The notes: generated by a model not told the origin, from the letters alone. DNA of 63,917 nucleotides, filler included, from 15 parts of 15 records of this genome joined end to end with filler, not necessarily neighbours in it, one strand, 5' to 3'. Positions 26,194-39,190 are shown, counted from the first letter of the whole stretch. Translations and numbers: made by a program.

Positions 26194-26817
26194 ATGCAGC
26201 GCCTGCTCCAGCGCGCCCCGGTGCGGGCCAACCTGCTGACCAGCTCCCTGGTCCTGGCCCTGGGCGACGGGCTGGCCCAGGCGTTTGAGCACGCCCGTGG
26301 GCTGCCGGACCGCCCCGATGGCCTCCGGAGCGCGGTGGTGCTCTCGTGGGCCGTCCTGGGCGACGTGCCACTCAACATGGCCCTGTTCGCCGCGGTAGAC
26401 CGTGGGATGGCCCGGGCTGGTCTGGGCTCCGGCCGGCCGTCCCTCCCGGGGGCAATGGCAAAGGCGGTGTGCTTCTTCGTGCCCGGCTCGCTGGTGCGAA
26501 ATCCGTTGTTTATGAGCTACAGCCTCAGCTGCGAGCGGCTGGCCCGGACCGGGGACGTCAGCTGGGAGGGCTGGCAGGAGAGCAGCCAACTGGTGCGGGC
26601 CAAGATGCGCGACGATCTGCCGACCATACTGGGCACGAGCGCCTGGATGTGGCTGCCTCTGAACACAGTGACGTTCTGGAAGGTGCCGCCGGAGCTGAGG
26701 GTGCTGTGGACGTCCTGCTGGACGGTGGTGTGGTTCGGCTACCTCTCGGCAATGACGCATAAGCCAGTCCGACTGCCGGAACAAGCGGCTCTAGAGCCCC
26801 CTAAGAGCCCAACATGA
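26194..26817 (+). CDS. Mpv17/PMP22 family membrane protein (intronless)
   Basis: PVRANLLTS...LGDGLAQ and W.PLNTVTFWKVPPELRVLW...VVWFGYLS signature. Confidence 0.9.
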   Translation: MQRLLQRAPVRANLLTSSLVLALGDGLAQAFEHARGLPDRPDGLRSAVVLSWAVLGDVPLNMALFAAVDRGMARAGLGSGRPSLPGAMAKAVCFFVPGSLVRNPLFMSYSLSCERLARTGDVSWEGWQESSQLVRAKMRDDLPTILGTSAWMWLPLNTVTFWKVPPELRVLWTSCWTVVWFGYLSAMTHKPVRLPEQAALEPPKSPT

Positions 26818-27059
26818 ATACTCGTACGAGTACTTTACTCGTGCTTGATGATCAACACCCGGCGATTCGATTACCTGGTACAATCGTATAATCGATCAGC
26901 AGCATACGTACGCATTGGTCACGGTTATTAGCACCACGGCGCGTTCGTTCATTCGCAATACTAATGCGATACAGTACCGTACTTTTACGAGTACTCGTAC
27001 GTTGCATTTTTTCCAGTAACATACACGGATGTGCCGTGAGTCTCTACTATCCGACTATC

Positions 27060-28842
27060 TCATAGCGTTGGTAGCCGGTCCACATCAGTCAATGCGTCTC
27101 CCGAGGCTAGCAGCCACTGAGGCCAGTCCCGCCACGCCATTGGCCCACCAGCCGCTCGACTAGGATTTGGTTTGCCTGCCATATCACCCTCCCTCTTGGA
27201 CTGAGTTGTTGGCACGGTGTGCTTCACATCCAGCACAGCAAGCCCCGCGGCGCCCGAATGCCGCCGCACCATGCAGCAGTCCAGCCTGGGGCACTGGGCG
27301 CACAGCATCACCCTCGAGCCCCACTCGGGCCCAAGTTGGTCGACCACATACTTGGCCGCCTTCTGATCTGCCCCCAGCAGCATAACGTTGACTCCATTCA
27401 ACATCATCTCCTCCAACGCTCTGACCGCCCCCGCCGCCGCCGTGCTCCCAGCCTGCTCCGGCTCCAGCTCTCCGTCCTCCAATTCTCCCCCCGTCACCGG
27501 TTCACTGCTGGCTGTCGCATCGACCGCCACCAGCACAAGAAGCTCCCGAGCCAGCCTATACACTCCCTCCCTCATCACTCGACCCGCTTCGCCCAGCTCG
27601 CGCCGCAACTCAACCAGCCCGGCCTCCATCGCGCCAGGCTCGGCGCACAGCTGCAGATGCCCGGCCCCGTGGTCTATCACTTGAGCTCGAGACACATGCC
27701 TCTTGACTACGGCACTCACATCCGGCAACGCCATTCTCCCGAGCCCCGGCCACGGCACGTACCAACACACCGCCTCCGGCTCGGTCAGCCCAAAGTGCCG
27801 CTCGGCCTTGGGTAGATACAACAGCTGGTGCACTGCTGGCAGCGGCGGCTGTCTGAGCAGCTCCCCACCCAGTGCACTCGGAGGCTCTGTCCTAGCTCGC
27901 TTGGCCGCCTGCCACTGCCGCCTGCTCGCCTCGAAATCACGCCCGGTGCACCCGGACAGCGCCTCGTGCTGGGCTCGGGCCGTGATTGCCGCCGTGGCCA
28001 ACTGGACTGCCACCACGCCGGTCATGAGCGCGTCGTGCCCAGCATCGTGTGCTGAATCGTCTCCAGGCAGCGCCGGCTCGAATTCGACTCGGCCCTGGTT
28101 CAATGGCTGGACGGCCGCGTAGAGCTTCTGAAGGTTGGTGTCTTTGACCGCCCTGGCTGCCTCGGGGGAGACTCCTTCCCTGCCCCCCAACAGTCCAGGC
28201 TGCCCAGCGAGGGGGCGCACATGCCAACCAGCGCAGTGGCCAGCAGCTTGGTGTCCAAAACCGTGCCAAACTGGCCCACCAGCGCGCGCTTAAACCCCTG
28301 GGCGCTCGCGCTGAGCCCTCCGTAGAACTACCCCCGCGGCTGGCCCGGATGGCGGGGGGGGGGGTGACCCTGTTCTGAATCATCATCAGGTCGCGCAGGC
28401 AATTGTGACCCACCACTGTCGCTCCAGCCAGGGCGGCCAGCACCGGCTGGACCGCCTGCTCGGACACCCCGTGCGCCACCGCCCGGTGCAGGTCAAAGTT
28501 GTGCTTGATTAGGAACTGGAGTGACTCGAGCTCGCACAGCACTCGTGGCTCGGGGGCGATCATCACGCTGAAGGGCTGAGCCTGGTACCGGACCGGGCAG
28601 CCGTCCTTGGGGGGCAGCCGGCCGAACGCGCAGAGCCCGAGCTGGAGGATGGCGTAGCTGCTGGCCGGCTGGTGCTGCTCGCCGAACCGCGTCTGGTTGC
28701 AGTCTGACGGGTGAATCCTGTGCACCGGGCCCGGCCAGCGCAGCCCGGAGAACTCGGCGTCGAACGAGACAAACTCGGCCGCCTCCACCGCCGCCAGCAT
28801 CTCCGGCAGCGCCGCTTCCAGGTTCTCCCGGTCCACCAACAT
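27060..28842 (-). CDS. CAF1-family DEDDh 3'-5' exoribonuclease (PARN-like)
   Basis: SFDAEFSGL, LQLGL, VVGHNCLRDL, DTKLL and HDAGHDALMTG; two micro-introns. Confidence 0.85.
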
Positions 28843-28978
28843 CCGACAGGGAAATGATTTTGTATGACGTTCCAGGCNNNNNNNNNNNNNNNNNNNNNNN
28901 NNNNNNNNNNNNNNNNNNNNNTTAATTAATTAANNNNNNNNNNNNNNNNNNNNNNNNNNNNNNNNNNNNNNNNNNNNG

Positions 28979-31900
28979 CTCTTCCGATCTGTGAGGGAGG
29001 CAAAGGCTAGTGATACAGAGAAGGAGGCAGTGCTGCAGAGCGCTCAGGCAGAACTTGAGTCGCTCAAGGCATCTGCAATGGAGGCGAGCCAGAAGACATT
29101 GCACGAGGTTCAGGATAGGGAAACCGTAGCTGTAGCCAGGGTGAATGAGTTAGAGGCTGAGGCGAGTGGACTGCAGTCGGAGATTTCAGCACTACAAGGG
29201 AAGTACAAGGACCTTGAAGCAGTCGTGTTGGCCCGTGAAGCAGATATTGTGGATAAGGTTAACAAAGTGAATTTGCTTATGGACAAACTGGCCGCAGTGG
29301 AGACTGAGCTTGCTGAGCTCCAGGGCAAGCGTGCAGAGCTTGATGCTGTGAGAGAGCAGCAAGTTGCAGCTATGGAACGGGTCGATGAGCTTGAGGAGGA
29401 TGCTAAAGAAGAGTTGACACAAGTACAAGCTAAGATGCTGGGTGCTTTGAGGAAGGAGGCCACTGTTGCCGCGAGTAGGATTGTCGAGCTTGAAGCGTTG
29501 GTTGAGGGCCTTCGTGGGGAGCTGAAATCTTCTGTCGATATTGGCGAGGAACTAAAGGAAGTTGTTTTGCATGAGGCTGCAGCATCTGCCAAAGTCATCC
29601 AACTGACATCGGAAATAAAAAAAATCCAGAAGAAGTTCGATCAATCTCAAAGTGAGTGCCATCAATTGGAAGAGAAAGAGACTAAAGCCTTGGCCAAGGT
29701 AAAGCATATGGAAACTGAGGTCAAAGGACTTCACACAGATTTGACAGCGACACAAAAGCGCGGTGAAGAATCCGAAGAAAGAGAGTTAGCAGCGTCAAAG
29801 ATTATCGGCAGTTTGGAAAAACAAGTACATGAATTGGAAGCGGAGATTGCAGGATTTCGTGACTGCACCAGTGCACTTGAGGAGAGGGAAGCAGCAGCTG
29901 TGGCCAAGCTAGATGAGTTGCAAAGTGAGATCGAGGTGCTGCAAGAGGAGCTTACAGTGATAAGAGGTCAGAAGGAGGAGCTTGAAGAATCAGAAGCTGC
30001 AGCCACAGCATTGGCATCAAAAGTCCAAGGTATGGAGAGTGAGGTCAAAGACCTCCAAGTTCAGCTGTCGCTCTCACATGATACGAACAAGCTTCTCCAG
30101 GAGAAGTGTACTTCTGCTGCGATGCGTGAAGTCACTATCAAAGAAGAGCTGGTTGCATTGCAGGCCGAGCTGAAATCGACACAAGACCAAAGCACAGCAC
30201 TGCAGGAGAAGGAGACTCTGGGCATGTCGAAGATGAATGAGCTCGAGGCCGAGCTCATCCAGCTAAAAGCAGAGCTGGCAACCCTGCAATTTACAAATGC
30301 AGGGCTCAAAGAAGTAGAGAGCGAGGCAGTGGCAGTTGCAAAAATTAAGGAGGTTGAAAACGAGCTAGAGACACTTCGTGAAGAGCTTGCCTCGTCTCAA
30401 GCCAAGAATGAGGCGCTGGAGGCCACAGAGCAGAGGGACGCCAAGGCTCTAGCAGGACTCAGTGAGCTCGAGGGGGAACTCAGGCCAGTTCAGGAGTTGT
30501 CTGGGCTGAAAGTCAAGGACGAGCAGCTGGAGAAGAGGGAGGCTGCATTTTCCAGCAGGGTAAAAGAGCTCGAGACCGAGCTCAAAAATTTGCAAGATGA
30601 GCTGGCAGCATCACAGGCGAGGGGCAAAGAGCTTGACGCTGTAGAGAAGAGAAGAGCTGCAGCTGTTGCAGGGGCTTGTGCACTCGAGAAGCACTTGTGC
30701 ACAGTTCAACAGGAATTGGAGCGATCAACGATTGTCAGCCGGAATCTTGCTGGCATAGTAACGGAAAGAGAAGCTGCAGCTTTGGAGACCATGATGGAGC
30801 TACGCAGCGAAGAATTCGAGGCAATGGAAGTTGAATTCATTAGACTGCATGGCGAGGTGGCAGGAATACAGACGAAATGCCAGGAACTTCAAGCCCTCAC
30901 TGTCAGTGAGGCTGCAGCTGTGGTCAGAGTAAGCTTGCTCGAGACTGATGTCAAGAAACTTAAGATGGGGACCAGGCTAGTGGAGGTCCACTGTGACAAC
31001 CTTGCGATTAAAGAAGCCACAGCTCTGGCAAAGCTGGGAATTGTTGAAATGGAGGTCCAAGAACTCCAGGAGCAGCTGAGAGCTTCTCGGAAGCGGACAA
31101 AAGAGCTCGAAATGGGCGAGGCTGCAGCTGTTAAAATGATCATCGTGCTGGAAGGCGACCTCCAAGGTCTCGAAGCAGATGCTGCAGAGATGCAAGAGGA
31201 AATCAAGGCGCTCAGGTCGGTTGAAGAGAATGAAGGGATAGCACTTGCTAGGGTTGCAGAGCTAAGGAAGGATCTGAAAGAACGCAGAGTTGAACTAGCT
31301 ACAACTGAGGAGAACAACAACAAATTAGAGGGAGCCAGCGAGGCTGCAGCTGTAACCAAAATTGCTGATCTGGAAGGTAAGCTGCTGCAGCTGGTGGATG
31401 AATTGACTTGTTATCATGACTGGTATGAGCAATGCATTGACGCTGGCAAGGTAGGCATGCTTAAGGAGCAGCTTGAGCGATCAGAAGATGTTGCTGGCAG
31501 GATGAATATGCTCGAAGGTAGAGCTGTGCAAGCAGGCCAGAAGGAGGCTGCAGCTGTGGCCAAGATATGTGAGCTGAAGCATGAGCTCACTGCTGTGAGG
31601 AGGGAGCTGTCCCTGTCACATGCAGCGGGTAACAAGATGGAGGCCGCGAGGGCCAGAGAGGCTGCAACTATGTTGAGAGTAGAGGAATTGGAGCAGGAAA
31701 TGGAGGAAATGCGAAACAAGATTTCAGCCATGCATGAGAGCAGTGTTGAGCTCCAAGGAGCTGCAACTCGAGAACCGGCTGCCCTAGAGATGGTCGCTGT
31801 GCTGCAGGGAGCGGTGCAAGAGCTGAAGGAAATGAGAGTCAAGGGACTGGTAGTAGAAAGGATGAATGAAGTCGGCTCCACAAGTAGGGTGGGTGATCTT

Positions 31901-32120
31901 GAACAAGAGTTGCTATGCTCTACGAGCAGAATGAGCTATCTTGAACGAGAATTCAAAGGCGCTGCAAGTAAGGCAAATGCTCTTGAAGGAGAATTAAATG
32001 GTGTAAGACACGAGCTCAAGCAGCTACAGCAGCGGTGTACAGAGCTACAAGGCACGTCGCAAAGAAAGGCTGAAGCTTTGACCCGGGTAGCTGAGTTGGA
32101 AGCTGAACTTGCATCATTCA
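28979..32120 (+). CDS. Long coiled-coil protein built from approx. 35-39-aa repeats (both ends truncated)
   Basis: Over 1,040 uninterrupted codons with recurring EAAA(V)AK..ELE.E...L..EL units. Confidence 0.8.
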
Positions 32121-32509
32121 NNNNNNNNNNNNNNNNNNNNNNNNNNNNNNNNNNNNNNNNNNNNTTAATTAATTAANNNNNNNNNNNNNNNNNNNNNNNN
32201 NNNNNNNNNNNNNNNNNNNNGGCGATGTGCAGGCGACCAGGCTCGGGGGGTACATACATGTAAAGGAAAATGTCAAATTAATAAGTACTGATTAAGTGTA
32301 TAAAAAGCTAATACAAAGCACTTGTACTTACTGCATGACATTGTACTCGTGTTTAACTCGTGTTTGTCACAATTATGATTGTACCTATCGAACGATCTGC
32401 GAACGATTTGGGCCACGTTAATCAAGCCCACGTGTCACGACGTGCGGTCAAGGGACCACCTTGTTGAAGCGAAGCTTTGAACGCAGCCTGCCTGCGCCGA
32501 ATCTCATAT

Positions 32510-34024
32510 CTAAGGTACCCAAGTGACCGCGTCAATAGCTACAGCACAGTTGTGGGCTAGCAGCTTGTTGTCAGTGGTCTGCCAGCAACTCACAATCAGC
32601 CCATGGCCTGCAGCCCCGGCTGCGCACCTGCTCAATGTGCCGAAGCCGGTCCACGCAGCCCTGCAGCTGAGACCGACAGGTCGGGTTCTCGGCCATGTTC
32701 GCGATTGTCTTTACAACGTTCAGCAGCGACACCTCATTGATCGAATGGTTGAGCATCGCAAGCATTGGCTCGACGCCCCCCAAGTCTAACAGCTGCTGCT
32801 TGCCTTCGATGGTCACCGTTATGTTCATCAGCGCGCCCATAGCCGCTGCCCGGACGGTGGACTCCTCGTCATTCAGCAGCGTGGTGACTAGCCCGACCAC
32901 ATGTTCAGTGATGGCAATTGCCTTGCCCTCATTGCTGATGGTCAGCACCATCAGATTGTTGCAGCTCCATTGTCGGATAGCTGGGGCCTCCTCCTCTAGC
33001 AGGGCGCGCATCGCTTTAATCGCCAGGCTTATCCGGTCAGCCGTGATCCCGGCAGGTTGGACTTTGAGCACCGCATAGAGCAGCTCAAGGGCAAGGTTTT
33101 TCACCTCCACATCATCCCAACGGCACTTCTCGACTACCGTCTCAAACGACCCCTCCACCGCCAGGATCTGATCCACCCCGGTGTGTGCAATCTTGAGCAG
33201 CGCCAACAGCACGTTGCATCGCGTCACGTGGTCCTGGTCGTCCAGCATGCCACAGAGCACTGAAACTGACCCATCTGCGTACAACTGCTGCAACCCAAGA
33301 TGCTGCTCTGCAATGATCCCCAGCGCAATTACCTGCCCCCAGCTCGGTCCGCCCTTCCCCCAGCCGCGCACTGCATATTCGCGAGTGCACGGGCTCTCAT
33401 CACTGCACCGACTGTTGAGAGATTCCACAATCCCAAACCGTACCGCCGTGGCCACATTCACCTGCCAGTGGTTAGCCCAGCAGGGTGCGCCCGGGGCACT
33501 GCGTCGTGCAGCTGTTCAATCAGGGCATACAGCGCTTTCTGCCGAATCACCACCGCCAGCTCGCTGTGCTCGGCGCTCCCGGGGGCGAACTCCGGATGGT
33601 TTGTCGTGTGCTGGCCGGCCGACTGAGCGCCCAAATGGCCCGACGGATGTACCTGGGGCAAGTAGGACTCGAATGACTGCTGTCCGGAGGCGGCTTCGAT
33701 GTCCGCCTGCCCGAGGGCTCCCGGAGCTGGCTGAGCGACGGCACCTCCGGCGAGTCTAGCAGCCGCTTGAGCTTGGAGAAGGTCTGCCTGCCAAACCTAC
33801 CCGACATCTGACCACCCACTGCCCTGGTCAGGGGGCACCCGAGCGTGACCACGGACGGATCCTTCTCAGCCACGTTGTCCTTGACGCTGCGCGCAGCGAT
33901 CGCCCGGCTGTTGGCCTGCAGGCCGGCTAAGCGACGGGCCAGCCGGTGAGGGGTCCTTGAAGCCCTTGCGCTCGGGCGGCACCGGTGGCTCCCGGCCCTG
34001 AATCTTGCGGATCACGGCGTGCAT
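32510..34024 (-). CDS. RSPH14: Radial spoke head 14 homolog (ARM-repeat flagellar protein)
   Basis: DPSVVTLG|FGRQTFSKL, IRQKAL..L...LH, ARM repeats (VRAAAMGALMNITVTIEGK) and terminal AIDAVTWVP. Start codon inferred. Confidence 0.75.
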
Positions 34025-34486
34025 CTGCCCTTATCCCCGGCGGCTCTCTCCCTCCGCCTCTGTGCTGTGCGGCAGCGTGGCTATTTTTAATAAGAGAGTT
34101 CTGCCAGGGCGATGCCGGATGGGGACTACCGGTACAGCTGTACAAGGCGACACGAAGGCTACACGAAGGCGACGGCGGTGAGATCTACATGTAGGAGGTA
34201 CGTAGGAGGGTCTAAAGGGAGCCATCCTCCATGCAAGCGGCCATGTGTAGGTACTGAGTTCCGCTATAGTCTGTTATGGACTCTCCGTGCTGTTACCGTG
34301 CTGTGCTCGCTTAGTACGGTACATGTACTCGCTTAGTGCTCCGAGTGCTCGCTTCGGCCGTCTCGACACTCGGATTAGACTCGTGACTAGACTCGGACAT
34401 CGGGACTTGTCCCTCTCGGCATGCACACTCTAGTAACTCTAATGATTCATAACTAGTGAGATAGCTTATGATTGATAGCCATATAG

Positions 34487-36494
34487 CTATAGTGGAAGTC
34501 CCGAACGAACTAACTGCGGGAGCCGGACGGAACGTGTCAGCTCTGGATCTACATCTCCCAAATGATTGATCAAGCTTGCCTGGTCGTGGTCCCGCCACGC
34601 CTTCATGATATCTCCCATTAGGTTCGCTTTCTCCGTGAGCAATTTCATCTGCGACCGGATTGTCTCCACCTGCCCATCCACTCGGCTGGTTTTCTATAAA
34701 GATCACATGCTATAATTATCACACGGCACCTTGCTCTTCCTGTTGGCAAGCACCTGATTTTCAATCGCGTTGATCAATTTGAACTGTGGCCCACCGCGAC
34801 GACACTCCTAACCGCATCAGGTCAGCCTGTCCGCAAGCCAATCGCACCGGCCTGGAGAATGCTTCCAGTTCTGACTCGCTGAACAGCTCTGCCACTCGCT
34901 GGGCCACGACCGATCGAGTTTCTTGATTTGTCTGGCTCTCATTCGCAGCGCTCCCAACTTCGCCTTCGAGCTCCTGGTCGGCCTCTTGCGCCTGTGTTAT
35001 CCACGGCTGGGGCCCCGCTTCAACCCAGCGCTCGGTCGCAATCTGCTCGCCGTAATACTCGACAAACTCGCTAAATCTGTATGGACCGGAGCCATCAAGG
35101 TCCCTCCGCAGTCCGGTGGTACCCAACCTATCTTCACCCTCTGCCAATGGACCGCTCCCCCCTACCGGATCCTGATCGCTCGGCCGGTCAGCTGCCGGCT
35201 CCGCACTGCCAATGGGTGCTTCCTCCTCAGGGCTGTGCACCGGGCTTCGATCGCTCTGAGCATCCAAATGCTCAGAAGAGGGACTTGCCACGTTGGCAGC
35301 CTCGTCCTGTGCTGCAGCCTCCTCCGCAGCATCTCTGGCCTCATCGCACCCATCGGGCGATGAGGGACGGCTACCTGACAGCTGGCCCATCTGGTCATCT
35401 GCTGTGGCGACCCGCTCAGATCCAGCCTGCTCTGGCAGCTGGCACAGCTCGCTGCTCTCCATGCCCTCCATCTTCTCCTGCTGCTCGGCCTGCTCATCAG
35501 CAGCCTGCGCTGTGCCTCCGGCTGGCTCCGGAGCACTCTCTTCTTGCATCTGGGCCTCGGCGAGTCCCTGGTGGAGTTCGGAGAGCAACGTAGACTGGGG
35601 CGGACTCAGTTGGTGGCTTGCATCAAACTCCAACTGCTGCCCGACCATCTCGACCACCCCGAGCACCGCCCGCCTGTACTCTCGCATCCCACCCGCAGCC
35701 GCCCTATGCTCCACCTCCGGGCTATTCATGCTATTAACTACTTCCGGGTACCGCCGCCGGAGCTTCTCACTGCTGCTCACTGGTTCAGGCTCCGGCGTGG
35801 CCTCCGGGTACCGCTTACAAAGCTCCTGGAGGGCCTCTAGCGAGCCAGCTGCCTTGATTTCGCCAAACGGGACCGATCGGCACCGCTTGAGCTCACCCAA
35901 CAGCCGGCGCCGCTCGGCCTCCCGGACCAGCGCCTCCCGCTCCGCCCGTACCGCCGCCCTGGCTTGGGCGGCCTCGGCGGCGGCCTTGGCCTTGCTGCGA
36001 ACGGTGTTTCGCAGCTGGCTCATCGTATCGATCTGGCGCAAGATCTGGGCCCGCCGCTGTCCAGCCGCCTCGCACAGCTCGGTCCACGGCTGCTCCGCCG
36101 GCTCAGGCCGGCCGACCTGGAACAGCACAGCGCAGGCCTTCTCGGCCGCGCTCCACCGCCGCTCGAATGCGGCGTCGAGTGGATCCTGGGCCGGCAGCGG
36201 TAGGTCCTGAGGGTTATTAGATAGCGCTCTCTGCTCCAGCCTGGCCCATCGGCGCTCCTGCAGGGAGGCCCAGTCGGCTCGCGTGGGAGAGGCCGGTGGG
36301 CACAGCTCCGGTGAGGCAGGCGATAGGCTGGGGCTCTCGCGCGACTGGACGACCGCCGCCCGCGACACCCGGTGGAAGATCCCCATCCTGAGTCAGGACG
36401 ACTCGGCCACAGGCGTGTGCACGCCTTCGAGCAGGGTGAGGCTGGCCGTTGGAGCAGGGCGAGGGCCGGAGGTTGGGCACCGCGGCTGAGACAT
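34487..36494 (-). CDS. Hypothetical low-complexity protein
   Basis: 541-codon ORF plus short downstream exons; contains motif RRDLDGSGPYRFSEFVEYYG...W..A. Confidence 0.5.
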
Positions 36495-36617
36495 GCAGCC
36501 GGCAGGCGAGGAGGCGGNNNNNNNNNNNNNNNNNNNNNNNNNNNNNNNNNNNNNNNNNNNNTTAATTAATTAANNNNNNNNNNNNNNNNNNNNNNNNNNN
36601 NNNNNNNNNNNNNNNNN

Positions 36618-39071
36618 GCTGCGACCTCGGCCATATCTGCCATCAGCGGCTGCAGCTGCTCGCGCTGCAGCTCAGCAGTGTTCTCATCCAACTGCTCCAG
36701 CCCCTGTATAGATACAGATCAGGATACACAGCTCTGCACCAGCCCACCTCCTGCAGCTTAGCATCTAGCGCCTGCTTCAGCCGGATCGCATACTTGGAGC
36801 TGATCTGCAGCTCAAATCAGAGATCTGAGTGCGGGAGAGAGCCCTGCCTCCAAATTGTTGAGCGCCACAAACGCCGAATTCCGAGTGGTATCCTTCAGTG
36901 AGCCCAAGTCCTCGGCAGCTGCACGCCAGCTGTCAGCGCACAGGTTGCACAGCCACGTTTACCGGTCGACGAGAGTGAGAATGCGTCAGTCACCTTGGCA
37001 CGTTCCATGGCAGCGGTCTTGTCGCGTACGTAGTTCTCCTGCGAGACTGTTCATGCCAGCCAGCTGGAGCGCACCAGAGCTGACTTGAACACGGTCTGGA
37101 GGACATTGTTGATTGCGAGCACCACGGCTTGGATCACCTATCAGCTGCGTGATCTCACAAGCCCTGTGCACTCGCCTGGATGTTGGCAGTGACAATTGCC
37201 CGCTCGCCGCACTTGCGTAGCACGAAGAAAGCGTCCTCGACCATCGAAGACGTGCAGCCACCCTCTGAGTCTAGCTGGTCAATCCGGATCGCCAGTCGCA
37301 CATTTTCTGTCATAAAACAGGTCTCAACGGCACCGTACTGCATAGTATGAAGTGGACCTGTCATGAAGTAGCCCTCGATCGCAATGTACTGCATGGCCAT
37401 CTGAACCACCATCATCTGCAGCTCCGAGTTTGGCCTCAGCCCTGCGCACCAGCCGGTGAGTCAATGCTCCACACCAGGCGCACCTGTACTGGAGGATATA
37501 GAGTCGTTGCGAGGCCGGCCTTCTTGCTCTATCTCTAGCACGGCCAAACCCGCCCGGTGCTGCACAAACTGCAAGTACTGCTCACACCTGCCACCATTGT
37601 CGGCCTTGATCGATCAAATGTTCCCACCGGCACAAGATGCTCGCCAGCTCCTCAAGCACTCGGTCGAGCCCGCGCACATACTCGTCCTCCTCCTCACACG
37701 GCTCGCGACTCTCCGAGTCGGCACTCCGGCTCTCAACCTGTAGCGCTCATTACTCGCCTGCTGGTAGCTCTAGGCGAGGCCTGGGCCACAATCTCGTCCA
37801 TGTCTCTATGAGCTCGCAGCATCTGCAAGATCTTCAGCGCGTGCACTTCCGCTGCCAGATACACACAAAGTCGCATGGCCAGCCAAGCAGCACGCCACCA
37901 CTCGTGTGGAGCACTCGGATCAGCATCAGGTTATGCCGAGCCCCAAAATGCTGCCTTACAAACCCTGCCCGCGCTCTTCCCGTTGGCGGCCGGTACACCG
38001 ACCTTCGTAGCGATGGATCAGCGAAGTGCCCACCATTGCGAACAGCCGCTCTATGGGCGCCACCGGGTCCACTTGCTCACCCCCGACCATCTGCCACACC
38101 GGCTCTCCGGCCAGCTTGAAAACGGAATGCGGCACCTGCACTTTGAACTGTTCAATGCCCGTTGAGACTTGGGCCTCGAGCGTGGACTTGAGGAACTCAA
38201 CGAAATGGGCCGCCGCCTCCGATTTCCGGCCCATGGCTGACACGCGGTCAGCCGAGCGACCGGAGAGCTTACAAGCGACGAGCTTGCAGAACCGCTTGAT
38301 AGCCACAAAGTCCTTGGCTTCCGAGGCTTGCTTCAGCTTCTCCTCGAGCTTGCCGAATAATTTATCGGCTTCAGCCTGCCAGGCTCGTCGCTGTTTGTCC
38401 GTTAGAGTGAGCCGTTGGCACCTTCAAGACTTCGTGCGAGGCCGGGTCCACTGCAGCGCTGCGCCCGGCTGTTGGCCCTACGCTGGGGGGGCAGCTCGGA
38501 CCTATCGATATTGAGAAAGGTGCCCACGTGGGCCGTAGCCGCCTCGTAGTCGCCCTCGATCATTGAGAGCTGGATCCCATCTATGCAGTTCTACCCACCA
38601 GTCAGCCCACCCGCCGGGCTGCCGGCCGCCTTAACCGAGAGGATGTCCGTTACTCGACCAACCACCGCCTCGCACCGGACCTGTCCGTTACGTTCGGTTA
38701 CTCTCCGGGTTCTAACGGTGCCTTGGCGACGTCCAAAGTCCGCACACTCCTGCTGAGCCCGTCGGCCAACACCACAGCATCTAGCTTCTCTTCGAGCGTG
38801 TTAACGGACTCAAACATCGGCGGGAGCTCATCCCTGCCCTGAGTAACGGACCCCGGAGCTCTGGAGGCCGCACCGGTGCCCCCCGAGCCGGCCGAGTTGT
38901 GCCGGCACCTCGCAATTGGCCTCGAGCAGCTCCAGCCCGGCCTCCGCCTGCGCGATCTCGCGCTCCTGCTGCCAGCTATGCGGGGCCGGCGGACGGGGCC
39001 ACCGCCAGCTCGAGCAGCCCGCCAATCTGATCCTCCGACTGGAGCTGCTCCAGTCCGCCCGATTCTACCAT
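36618..39071 (-). CDS. COG4: Conserved oligomeric Golgi complex subunit 4 (3'-truncated, intron-rich)
   Basis: LADGLSRSVRTLDVA, RVTDILS..CIDGIQ...EGDYEAATAHV, YIAIEGYFMT|ENVRLAI..D...TSSMVEDAFFVLRKC.ERA, VALNNLE|ISSKY. Confidence 0.85.
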
Positions 39072-39190
39072 GCTGCCCCCCCGCTCTGCCGGGCTCTGGC
39101 CCGCAGCTGATGTCTAACGTAAAAGAGAAGGGTGAGATTCCGTTACGGTGCACGAAGCGCTCTGACCCTCTGTCGCCAATAACCTAAAAC

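Noticed and set aside
33916-33955. Possible GA-AG intron in RSPH14 (AAG|GACCCC...CTGCAG)
   Set aside because: An upstream GT donor in the same phase (67-nt intron) explains the frame equally well; undecidable without RNA.
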